Shown in pieces: positions 1 to 7,604 of a stretch of DNA of 44,246 bases (the first letter of the stretch is position 1; every line of letters starts with the position of its first letter). A program made the position numbers and the translations under genes. The notes under the pieces were generated by a model. That model saw only the letters and a program-made list of their open reading frames with translations, did no database searches and was not told where the DNA came from. The stretch is from Escherichia phage K1E: the sequence record KY435490; one strand, written 5' to 3'.

Positions 1-1651
1 ATACACGATTGTCATTTGCAATCTGCATCTTATAGCAGTATATATCAGTAGGGTGTCCATGACCTTTAAATGGGTCTTTATCTTTGTTGTCACCATAAGT
101 CATTGGGTTGAAATGGTTTTCACCACCAAAGATATAGTAAATGTAGCTGTCTTTAACTACAACAGAACCTACACCTACACTAGAGTTCACAATGTCACCT
201 TGATAGATTTGGTCTGTGATGTTAACCCATTCAATATCATCTGCATTCCAATTGTTTACATTCAATCGTGCATAGAAGGTACGAGGATAAGCTGCCTTGT
301 AACGATCATCTGGTGCACCTGCTTCCCATTCATTTTCTGCACGTTCTGAACCAAACATAATAAGGTCATCTCCTACTTTAGCAAAAGGTAAGGTAGTATG
401 ATGCACATTATGTGGAAATCTTAGTGACTCCCAAGTCTGACCTATATCTCTACTACGATGCAGAGAGCTTCCTAGTCGGTCGCCACGAGTACCACGAGTG
501 ATAAGGTATAATACACCGTCATAGTACTTGATGCATGGCTCTGCCGCATCTGGTTCATACTCAGCTGGTATCTGACGACGAACATAATTAGATGGGCTAT
601 TGAAAGCATCAGGGAAGTAGAAAAGACCAACTTCTCGGGGAGCTACATCACCTTGATGATAGCCCATAACAAAGCCATTGTTATCAATAGTAGCAAAGCT
701 ATGAACTTCAGTAACACGAGGTATCAGGCCAAGATCTGTCTTACGCCATGGAGACTTATGGAAGGAAGTACCCATGTGCCAATTCTTTCCAGCATTGTTC
801 AAATCAGAGGTCTGCTGATTGGCTGTAAGAACCGTGAAGTTGTCCTTATCTATAACTGTTGCAACTTTCATATCACCAGTTACACCTGTTACCGCAGAAT
901 TAGAGAAGCTAACAAAATCGCCCACGAATAATCCGTGATCAGGTACATGGATTGTTGCATAACGCTGATTTGCAGCCTTAGTGATACCACCAGTAAGATG
1001 CAGACTACGAGACATAGGGCGATCCCACAATGCACAATTGGTTAGTGCGTTCTTGGCTAAAGTACGTGTTTCAATCATGGCAAACAGACGGTTGCGACAT
1101 ACACCCATACTCATACAATGATAGTTCACTGTAGGGTAATCTGGATGCAGATCAGTTAACCACTCTGGTGTAGACCATGTTTGACCATCGTCACCAGACT
1201 TAATCCATGATACATGCAGACGACTAACACCATGACGGTCACTACCCATGTAAGGTGCATATATCACGTTCTCATATACAAACGCTTTGTCTTGAGGCCA
1301 AGCATTGTAATAAGGGTTATCCGTGATTTTATAGAGTTCACCATTGATAAAACCTTTACTCACATAGTAAAGAGGTTGACCTGCTAAACGTTCCCATACG
1401 AAGCGGGTATTATAGAATCGCTCCATATCAGGTAAAGATGATACTTTGTAAGTAGCACCAGCACCGTCAATTCTCTTACCTGAAGCCATCGCTGCATTTA
1501 CTGCATCTTGGTCGTTTGTCTTACCATCACCTTTGGCTCCAAAGTCTTTAAGCGATACAACCTCGGTGAGCTTGTCATCCAAGTTACGCCAGATTGCACC
1601 TGCTATTTTACTCTTGAATTTAACTAATGAAGAACCTAGTCTTTGAATCAT
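1..1651 (-). CDS. Endosialidase (endo-N-acetylneuraminidase) tailspike, N-terminal part; the CDS runs off the window start and continues at 43230..44014
   Basis: ATG at 1649-1651 preceded by GGAGG; translation MIQRLGSSLVKFKSKIAGAIWRNLDDKLTEVVSLKDFGAKGDGKTND... recognised from memory as K1E/K1F-type endosialidase; frame is continuous across the duplicated ends with ORF 43230..44204 (811 codons in total). Confidence 0.88.
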   Translation of the reverse strand, partial: MIQRLGSSLVKFKSKIAGAIWRNLDDKLTEVVSLKDFGAKGDGKTNDQDAVNAAMASGKRIDGAGATYKVSSLPDMERFYNTRFVWERLAGQPLYYVSKGFINGELYKITDNPYYNAWPQDKAFVYENVIYAPYMGSDRHGVSRLHVSWIKSGDDGQTWSTPEWLTDLHPDYPTVNYHCMSMGVCRNRLFAMIETRTLAKNALTNCALWDRPMSRSLHLTGGITKAANQRYATIHVPDHGLFVGDFVSFSNSAVTGVTGDMKVATVIDKDNFTVLTANQQTSDLNNAGKNWHMGTSFHKSPWRKTDLGLIPRVTEVHSFATIDNNGFVMGYHQGDVAPREVGLFYFPDAFNSPSNYVRRQIPAEYEPDAAEPCIKYYDGVLYLITRGTRGDRLGSSLHRSRDIGQTWESLRFPHNVHHTTLPFAKVGDDLIMFGSERAENEWEAGAPDDRYKAAYPRTFYARLNVNNWNADDIEWVNITDQIYQGDIVNSSVGVGSVVVKDSYIYYIFGGENHFNPMTYGDNKDKDPFKGHGHPTDIYCYKMQIANDNRV

Positions 1652-1718
1652 GTAACCTCCTTTTCTGAAAGGCTACCATCATGATAACCTTTAAGAAAAG
1701 TTGCGCGAAAAGCAGTGC

Positions 1719-2054
1719 TTACGCACTGACAATGTGTTTACCTAGAATGTAAACATCTACATCTACGTCTATTTCAACTTGTGCTGTATGGAACACATGT
1801 ACTTCTAATCTAGTATCTGACACTTTAGTAATCCAAGCTGTACAAAGTGTAGGTGTACTTAATGATACAAGTGATGCCCACGAAGAATCTAAATCTCCTG
1901 TTGCAGGTACTTCTATCTCAATTTTAGTATCTTCACTTGGAACTACACCTTCAAATGTAACACGCCTTTTAGATAGTAAATTATCCAATAATGTAGCTAG
2001 TACAGTATCTCTATGTAGTAAGCCAGTTGTCTTGGGTTTAGTTAACTTAGCCAT
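1719..2054 (-). CDS. Small protein (111 aa) immediately upstream of the endosialidase; possibly a remnant or N-terminal fragment of a second tailspike
   Basis: Internal ATG at 2054 preceded by AGGAG (track ORF 1719..2114 starts further upstream without an RBS); phage promoter just upstream at 2139..2156. Confidence 0.5.
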   Translation of the reverse strand: MAKLTKPKTTGLLHRDTVLATLLDNLLSKRRVTFEGVVPSEDTKIEIEVPATGDLDSSWASLVSLSTPTLCTAWITKVSDTRLEVHVFHTAQVEIDVDVDVYILGKHIVSA

Positions 2055-2138
2055 ATACTCTCCTATTACTTCCCAATCCTCCCTATGAAGATTGGCTAGT
2101 AATAGGCCGCTCAAAAGAACGGCACTATCTTATCTCTT

Positions 2139-2156
2139 CTATAGTGTCCAGTAAAT
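2139..2156 (-). promoter_or_regulatory. Phage RNAP promoter (ATTTACTGGACACTATAG) ahead of the tailspike genes
   Basis: Exact match to the consensus repeated in this genome; SP6-type promoter family. Confidence 0.7.
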
Positions 2157-2185
2157 CGTAAGACACTGATACATAAAACTATGTA

Positions 2186-2383
2186 TTAATTATACCCGCG
2201 TTCTAGCGAGAGAATGTACAGACCTAATTTTGTAGCGTCAGGCTTACTGAAGCAGACTTTATCGTCCACCTCGTAGACTGCCGTAATCGTCGGCTTCAGA
2301 GGCTTCACCTTTGGATTCTCTGGTAACGCCGTCTGACACCCTGAAGTGATCAGCGAACCAATCAGCAGGATTGTCGCTAGCAT
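2186..2383 (-). CDS. Rz1-like o-spanin (outer-membrane lipoprotein), overlapping the Rz-like gene in another frame
   Basis: Internal ATG at 2383 with GAGG RBS; MLATILLIGSLITSGCQT... has a lipobox (LITSGC) and a Pro-rich mature part. Confidence 0.5.
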   Translation of the reverse strand: MLATILLIGSLITSGCQTALPENPKVKPLKPTITAVYEVDDKVCFSKPDATKLGLYILSLERGYN

Positions 2384-2480
2384 GATTCGCCTCACTTTGT
2401 GCCTCCTTCTCTTCCTTCTTCTTCTTAGCGGCAAGCAGCAGGCCAATAAGACCTGCTACCACCTCTAGCACCTTATTCAC
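2259..2480 (-). CDS. Rz-like i-spanin candidate (N-terminal transmembrane helix)
   Basis: GTG start; MNKVLEVVAGLIGLLLAAKKKKEEKE...; overlaps the lipoprotein ORF as in Rz/Rz1 pairs. Confidence 0.45.
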   Translation of the reverse strand: MNKVLEVVAGLIGLLLAAKKKKEEKEAQSEANHASDNPADWFADHFRVSDGVTRESKGEASEADDYGSLRGGR

Positions 2481-2622
2481 AGGTGATTACTTGGCACACC
2501 ACGTCAGTGACGGAACCTTCCGTACCTTCACCAAAATCTACGCCAAGTCCTACAGAAACAAGGGCAATCACCAGTGCAACCAGTGCACCTACCACCTTCT
2601 TAGACTTAAACAACTTTTTCAT
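2473..2622 (-). CDS. Small single-TM membrane protein (49 aa), holin/antiholin-like, between the endolysin and the spanins
   Basis: ATG at 2622 after AGGGGAG; MKKLFKSKKVVGALVALVIALVSVGLGVDFGEGTEGSVTDVVCQVITCE; below the ORF-track cutoff. Confidence 0.35.
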   Translation of the reverse strand: MKKLFKSKKVVGALVALVIALVSVGLGVDFGEGTEGSVTDVVCQVITCE

Positions 2623-2720
2623 TGCATCTCCCCTTCCATTGAGCTAGCAGGTCCGAGTAGTTCTTCCAGTCATCATAGTTGCCGCCCTCGGCAGCTTGAG
2701 CAACCATGCGCTCACACCAT

Positions 2721-3074
2721 TCAACACAACTTACCATCGCGCACACCCATCTCGTACATCAATGTGAGTGAAGTTTGGTAAGACCCAATGCCATATCTAT
2801 TAGGGTATCGTGCTGTTAGGTAAGACCATACACGATACGGTGTAATACCTTGTACCTTAATATCAGCAGCCTTACCTGTAAGATGCATGGAGTTCTTAGC
2901 TCCACCTACGTTGGCGTTGTGCTTAGCACAGCGATGACCAGAAGTGATAACTACAGGTACGCCAAAATGCTCACGTACATCTGTTACTACCTGTAATAAC
3001 TCAGCATCAACAGTGGATGTACAGCACCCACAACGGCAAGCAAACTCTTTACGCTTGAAGTACTTGTTAAGCAT
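2721..3074 (-). CDS. Endolysin, peptidase M15 family (zinc D-Ala-D-Ala carboxypeptidase / L-Ala-D-Glu peptidase fold)
   Basis: SMHLTGKAAD matches the SxHxxGxAxD signature; internal ATG at 3074 overlaps the upstream stop (TAATAATG). Confidence 0.75.
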   Translation of the reverse strand: MLNKYFKRKEFACRCGCCTSTVDAELLQVVTDVREHFGVPVVITSGHRCAKHNANVGGAKNSMHLTGKAADIKVQGITPYRVWSYLTARYPNRYGIGSYQTSLTLMYEMGVRDGKLC

Positions 3075-3076
3075 TA

Positions 3077-3367
3077 TTAGCCCCCTGCTGGAGTGACAGG
3101 TGCCACCTCCATAGTAGTTGCATCCCACTTGTCAGTTGGTTCACTACCACGTGCAATAGCGATGTACAAGGAGTTGACACCCTTCTCTACAGCAACCATG
3201 GCGCCTTTCTGTTTACCAGATAGGTGTTTAATGTTGATAGGGTGATCTTTCTTCTTAAGGTCTTCTTCAGCAACAATAGGCAGAGGGATTGCCGTTGCAG
3301 TGGTTTGTACAGTTTTTACTCGAAAAGCCTGACCAGTAACAGTACCTGTGTTTCCATATTTAGACAT
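3077..3367 (-). CDS. Hypothetical protein, paralogue B of a tandem pair
   Basis: 96 aa; shares ...SGKQKGAMV...AIA... with the adjacent ORF 3380..3658. Confidence 0.55.
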   Translation of the reverse strand: MSKYGNTGTVTGQAFRVKTVQTTATAIPLPIVAEEDLKKKDHPINIKHLSGKQKGAMVAVEKGVNSLYIAIARGSEPTDKWDATTMEVAPVTPAGG

Positions 3368-3379
3368 GTAACTCTCCTC

Positions 3380-3658
3380 TTAAGCTGGGGTAATAGTAGT
3401 GACCGCTTTATTAGCTGTCAACCAATTGGAATCTTCTTTGCCATCAACTGCGATAGCAATAACCAGGTTATCATGTGTATCAAGACACACCATGGCCCCT
3501 TTCTGCTTACCTGATTTGGTGGCATCATTAATAACATCACCTTTCTTCTCAACAGTATCCTCGTAAACTACAGGAAGCATAAGGGCTTCACTAACAGGTT
3601 GTATCTGCTTACGAGCAGACTTACCTGTAAGAGGTTGTGTACTATAACTATTAGACAT
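3380..3658 (-). CDS. Hypothetical protein, paralogue A of a tandem pair
   Basis: ATG at 3658 preceded by AGGAG(AG)n; 92 aa MSNSYSTQPLTGKSARKQ...; the 5' UTR carries the hairpin GGGTGTAC-tcct-GTACACCC. Confidence 0.55.
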   Translation of the reverse strand: MSNSYSTQPLTGKSARKQIQPVSEALMLPVVYEDTVEKKGDVINDATKSGKQKGAMVCLDTHDNLVIAIAVDGKEDSNWLTANKAVTTITPA

Positions 3659-3802
3659 TCTCTCTCTCTCTCCTATTATGTAAGTATAGTAAGGAAGTAA
3701 GGAATAGGGTGTACAGGAGTACACCCATACTAAGGAATACCTATATAACCTAGGTTAACCTATATTATCCTTGTTATTTCTCTTATTATCTGGGCCTTCC
3801 TT

Positions 3803-3820
3803 CTATAGTGTCCGGTAATT
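3803..3820 (-). promoter_or_regulatory. Phage RNAP promoter (AATTACCGGACACTATAG)
   Basis: Consensus match directly downstream of the terminase large subunit gene. Confidence 0.65.
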
Positions 3821-5717
3821 AATAAGTCCTTGAAATCCTTGCAGAAAGTGTATTTCTGCTTGCCGATTTACTCCTGTAATTCTGACCGTATACTCTTTGC
3901 TGCATAGCCACGGAAGTGTTGGTTACTCTTCGCTCAGTGCCATAATCTCCATAGAGCATTGCCCTACGGAGGTGAGGTGTGTTCATAGCATGGATGTAAT
4001 CGCGCATCTCCTGCGCTCTGAGGCGATTAATCCGTGTAACCTCGTCATAGTCTATCTGAGAAGTTAATTGCCGTATAGCGCCATACAGAGCGTCTAAGCG
4101 GTCATCGTGTCGTAGGCTGTTCTTCTCAATCGTGATGTTCGACATTTGATTGAAAAGGCTGTATGACATGCGTAGTTCAAGCGGATAGTGCTGTACCGAC
4201 TCAAAATCAGACTTGACCATCTCTGCGTTGAAGATGAGCCTGTGGGCCGCCATTAGTGGCTCTAGTGTTTCAATGATACGCAACTCTTTCTGTCCGGTGG
4301 CGTAATCTTCCTCCAGAACCACAGGCCACTCTCGTTCAAAGTATGGCTTTATAACGGCCTCAAACGCGCCATGACCAAAGTTCTTTTCAATGAATACCTC
4401 TTTAACACCTGCCTGCTTTGCGGCCTGCACAATGCGATTCAGGGACGATTCGCGGTATCCTCCCGGCACACCAAAGCACTGATACACATAAATGAATGTG
4501 CCGTGCAGGAAGACGATAGCCACACCCGTTTCATCCCCGTTCTTACCGCCACCCGCAGGGTCAATATACATAATCTTACGGGTAACAGCACCCCATTCAT
4601 AAGGACGGGCTACAGGTCTATACATAAAGTCTGTAGGCTTGTTACCATACTTAGGGGCATCGCCAATGATATTAATAGAATCATTACTCCACGTAGGCAT
4701 CACAGGGACTTCCTCTGTACCGAACGAAGTAAAGATTAGATTGTTTAGACGAAGTGGGTATCTGTCAGCATCCATCATGCGAGTGTTCAGCATAAACTGA
4801 AGCTGGAACTTAGCAGCACCTTGAGAGATTTCCTTCTCAATCAACACGTCATCATCGTACATTTCAGGTGCGCAAGGTGCACCACTGTTACCGTCTAACC
4901 CATAACCAGAGCGAAGTGCTGGGTTGTCTTTCATATCCTGCACAATCATAGGTGCAAGGAAGTCACCATAGCATTGCTCCTGCTCTACTGATGGATAACG
5001 TGCAGTCCAGATACGAACCGAGTAACCACGAGCAGGTAAGTTGTTGTAGATAGAGTTTACGTTCTGAGGAGTACCAAGGTAGATGATATCACCAAACTGG
5101 TTGATAGATTCAAACTCCTTGGTCAACTCCTCAAGCAAGGCACGGCCTGCTGCTGTACGAGCATTCTGCATCGATTCTACGTCATCTGCTAGAATAATAT
5201 CAGCACGAGCACCCTGCATACCTGCTTCGATAGAGTAACAGGATACAGAAGGTGACTTATCGCTGCCGCGTAACGTGTAGTGAATCTCAAATGCTTTGAC
5301 TGATGCACGGTCGCCAGCGTATATGTCCGGTAGCATAAACTCAAGGAAGTCTAGGCCACGGAAGATTTTCACTACCCAACCTGCGATTTCCTCTGCTCGC
5401 TTGGCGTTTTGGGATACTACCATGATACGCTTATGGGGTTCATGGATGATACGGAAAACAGTATAGATTGCTGATAGTGTAGTTTTAGCGATACCACGGG
5501 GCGCTTCGATGAGGCGATATTTATGTCCATAGAATAGAAACTTTAAAATATCGGCCTGCATACGAATCAGATGAGGGTTGCCTGCAATCAAGTTATGGAT
5601 AACTGTATCTGCAAAGAGAAGCAAACCTTCCGCCGTATACGGAAAAGTTTGCTGTAACTCCTGTAGCATCTCCCATCTGGCAAGAGCCTCCGCTTGTGAT
5701 TCTCTTGCCTTAGCCAT
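3819..5717 (-). CDS. Terminase large subunit (T7 gp19-like)
   Basis: 632 aa; ATG at 5717 after GGAGG, overlapping the upstream stop (TGATG); ATPase plus nuclease architecture. Confidence 0.93.
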   Translation of the reverse strand: MAKARESQAEALARWEMLQELQQTFPYTAEGLLLFADTVIHNLIAGNPHLIRMQADILKFLFYGHKYRLIEAPRGIAKTTLSAIYTVFRIIHEPHKRIMVVSQNAKRAEEIAGWVVKIFRGLDFLEFMLPDIYAGDRASVKAFEIHYTLRGSDKSPSVSCYSIEAGMQGARADIILADDVESMQNARTAAGRALLEELTKEFESINQFGDIIYLGTPQNVNSIYNNLPARGYSVRIWTARYPSVEQEQCYGDFLAPMIVQDMKDNPALRSGYGLDGNSGAPCAPEMYDDDVLIEKEISQGAAKFQLQFMLNTRMMDADRYPLRLNNLIFTSFGTEEVPVMPTWSNDSINIIGDAPKYGNKPTDFMYRPVARPYEWGAVTRKIMYIDPAGGGKNGDETGVAIVFLHGTFIYVYQCFGVPGGYRESSLNRIVQAAKQAGVKEVFIEKNFGHGAFEAVIKPYFEREWPVVLEEDYATGQKELRIIETLEPLMAAHRLIFNAEMVKSDFESVQHYPLELRMSYSLFNQMSNITIEKNSLRHDDRLDALYGAIRQLTSQIDYDEVTRINRLRAQEMRDYIHAMNTPHLRRAMLYGDYGTERRVTNTSVAMQQRVYGQNYRSKSASRNTLSARISRTY

Positions 5718-6016
5718 CAATCCTCCTTAGTAAATTGAATAATCTTACCACTGGATGCCTCTCGGATAGCCTTGAGGCGCTTAGATAACTTGGATTCTTC
5801 CTGCTGTGCAGCAGGTGTAGCAGTGATGCCATTATCCAGTACCCACTTACACATAGCACCAATGTCTTTACCAGAGACTAAATGCAGTGCTGCATCTGGG
5901 TCTTCTTCTATAGTGTCCAGTATTGCCTGTGCTTTCTTATTAAAGATTTTGGTAATAGCACCATGCAGGATGCCAACTTCATCCTCTGTAGCTGCATGTT
6001 TATTGTGTACGCTCAT
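5717..6016 (-). CDS. Terminase small subunit candidate (T7 gp18 position)
   Basis: 99 aa, immediately upstream of and overlapping the terminase large subunit; GGGAGG RBS. Confidence 0.6.
   Translation of the reverse strand: MSVHNKHAATEDEVGILHGAITKIFNKKAQAILDTIEEDPDAALHLVSGKDIGAMCKWVLDNGITATPAAQQEESKLSKRLKAIREASSGKIIQFTKED
5908..5925 (-). promoter_or_regulatory. Promoter-like sequence (CAATACTGGACACTATAG) inside the terminase small subunit gene
   Basis: Core -13..+1 identical to consensus; -17..-15 divergent. Confidence 0.35.
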
Positions 6017-6444
6017 GTACGCCTCCCGTTAATCCAGTACCATACGGTCTTGTGGTCTAGTCCGAAATGCCTACCAATTTTAGGGTAAGACCAACCTTCC
6101 TCCCTTAATCGTTTAGCTTCAGCAACCTTGTTGTCAATGTTTAAACAACCATAATGTGCATGTATTGTATTCTCCTGTTGAGTACACCACTCTAGGTTGT
6201 CTTTATGACAATTAGAAGGGTTGCGATCTTTATGGTTTACTATCTTATAATTGTGAGGATTAGGTACGTGCTTCCATGCTACTAATCTGTGTACTTTATA
6301 AGTTTTAGTCTTACCATCAATTCGCAGAGAAACAGTACGGTAGCCTCTTTCTCTGATAGCTCCTGCCAGCCTCTTACCCTTCTTACTTAATACAAAACCT
6401 TCTTCAGTTATGATGTATCCTGCTCTTTCAACTTCTGAATACAC
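6013..6444 (-). CDS. HNH endonuclease
   Basis: ...KIVNHKDRNPSNCHKDNLEW... HNH motif; GTG start with AGGAG RBS; overlaps the holin 3' end. Confidence 0.8.
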   Translation of the reverse strand: MYSEVERAGYIITEEGFVLSKKGKRLAGAIRERGYRTVSLRIDGKTKTYKVHRLVAWKHVPNPHNYKIVNHKDRNPSNCHKDNLEWCTQQENTIHAHYGCLNIDNKVAEAKRLREEGWSYPKIGRHFGLDHKTVWYWINGRRT

Positions 6445-6632
6445 TTCTCTTTTCTCCTCTGTTTTATAGTTCGGGCCTTCTCGTAGATAAACCAGCCCAT
6501 TTGCATAATAGTGTAAATGAGGGTCATAATTACAAGCCAGTTATCCCAACTGATACCGAGGAAGTACCCACCTGAGACTAATGCAGGTGGCGCAAGCTTC
6601 ACACCACTATCTACCAGTTCGGAGTTAATCAT
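6408..6632 (-). CDS. Holin, T7 gp17.5-like (class II)
   Basis: 74 aa; MINSELVDSGVKLAPPALVSGGYFLGISWDNWLVIMTLIYTIMQMGW resembles T7 holin; AGGAGG RBS. Confidence 0.7.
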   Translation of the reverse strand: MINSELVDSGVKLAPPALVSGGYFLGISWDNWLVIMTLIYTIMQMGWFIYEKARTIKQRRKEKCIQKLKEQDTS

Positions 6633-6641
6633 CTCACCTCC

Positions 6642-7604
6642 TTACACTAGTTGTAGCTTCATACTTACGACACACTCAGGTAATGGCTCACTGAAAGTGA
6701 TAGTAGACCCTACGATTTCATAAGCATTATTAGGTTGATACAGGCCATCCAAGTATACATCAAGACGTTGGAAAGCCGTTACAATGTCGATAGATTGTGT
6801 ACCTTCACTCACTGCTTGTGTAAAGAGGATAGTATCCGCACTTGTAGGTGGGGTTAAGCGACTACCGATAAGCACATAAACTTCATCCCCAGCCTGTAAT
6901 GGCTCGGACAGGGTTATAACATTATACCCCACTGATACTGCACCTGCTAGTTCATGCTGGAATACACCGTTTATAAACACCATAGCATCATCAAATGAGT
7001 AAGGTGGTCGAATGATTTGCTCTCCACCGGAGGCGACCATATACCAAGGAATAGTGCGATGAGATACACCAGACACCATTCCTCTCTTAATACCAGCAAT
7101 CTCTATATCTTGTGCAGAGTTCCAATCAGTATGCTTCTTGTCGATAGCATCTAGCTGTGATTTATTTACTGCATCTTTTGGATTCTCACCATCAGCTAGG
7201 TCAGTAATCTTATTGCCGCCCCAGCTTACATTCTGCTTAATGAAGTATCCTTCTGGATAAAACCCATCAAGTAACTCCTGTGTAATCTCCAGTATATGAA
7301 TGAAAGAGCCATTTAAAGACTTCATATCCAAGGTAACACCACGGTCAAACTCAGCGTATGGATATTCCTTTTGTACTTCCCTTCGAATACGGAACTTCAA
7401 ACCTGCAACAGGTGCTACATCAAAAGTGATTTGATGCGTACCAGTTAATTGCCAGCCAGATGTAACCTCAATCCAAGTGTTACCTTGAAGAGATTCCACT
7501 ATCACATCTGAGGCACGAAGATAGCCTTTATCCCTACCAGCAAAGCTAAAGGGATAGGTTACTTGCGTACCGTTGGCTATATGTTCTGTGAAAGTATAAC
7601 TCAT
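6642..7604 (-). CDS. Tail fiber-like adaptor protein (T7 gp17 N-terminal-like) that docks the tailspikes
   Basis: 320 aa at the gp17 position, too short for a full fibre. Confidence 0.75.
   Translation of the reverse strand: MSYTFTEHIANGTQVTYPFSFAGRDKGYLRASDVIVESLQGNTWIEVTSGWQLTGTHQITFDVAPVAGLKFRIRREVQKEYPYAEFDRGVTLDMKSLNGSFIHILEITQELLDGFYPEGYFIKQNVSWGGNKITDLADGENPKDAVNKSQLDAIDKKHTDWNSAQDIEIAGIKRGMVSGVSHRTIPWYMVASGGEQIIRPPYSFDDAMVFINGVFQHELAGAVSVGYNVITLSEPLQAGDEVYVLIGSRLTPPTSADTILFTQAVSEGTQSIDIVTAFQRLDVYLDGLYQPNNAYEIVGSTITFSEPLPECVVSMKLQLV

Noticed and set aside
1-232. Reading the 232-bp end duplication as the phage direct terminal repeat
   Set aside because: It lies inside a coding sequence with frame continuity; T7/SP6-type terminal repeats are noncoding and flanked by heptamer arrays, which occur at 42260..43095 instead.
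53-931. Plus-strand ORFs 53..349 and 653..931
   Set aside because: Antisense to the endosialidase CDS.
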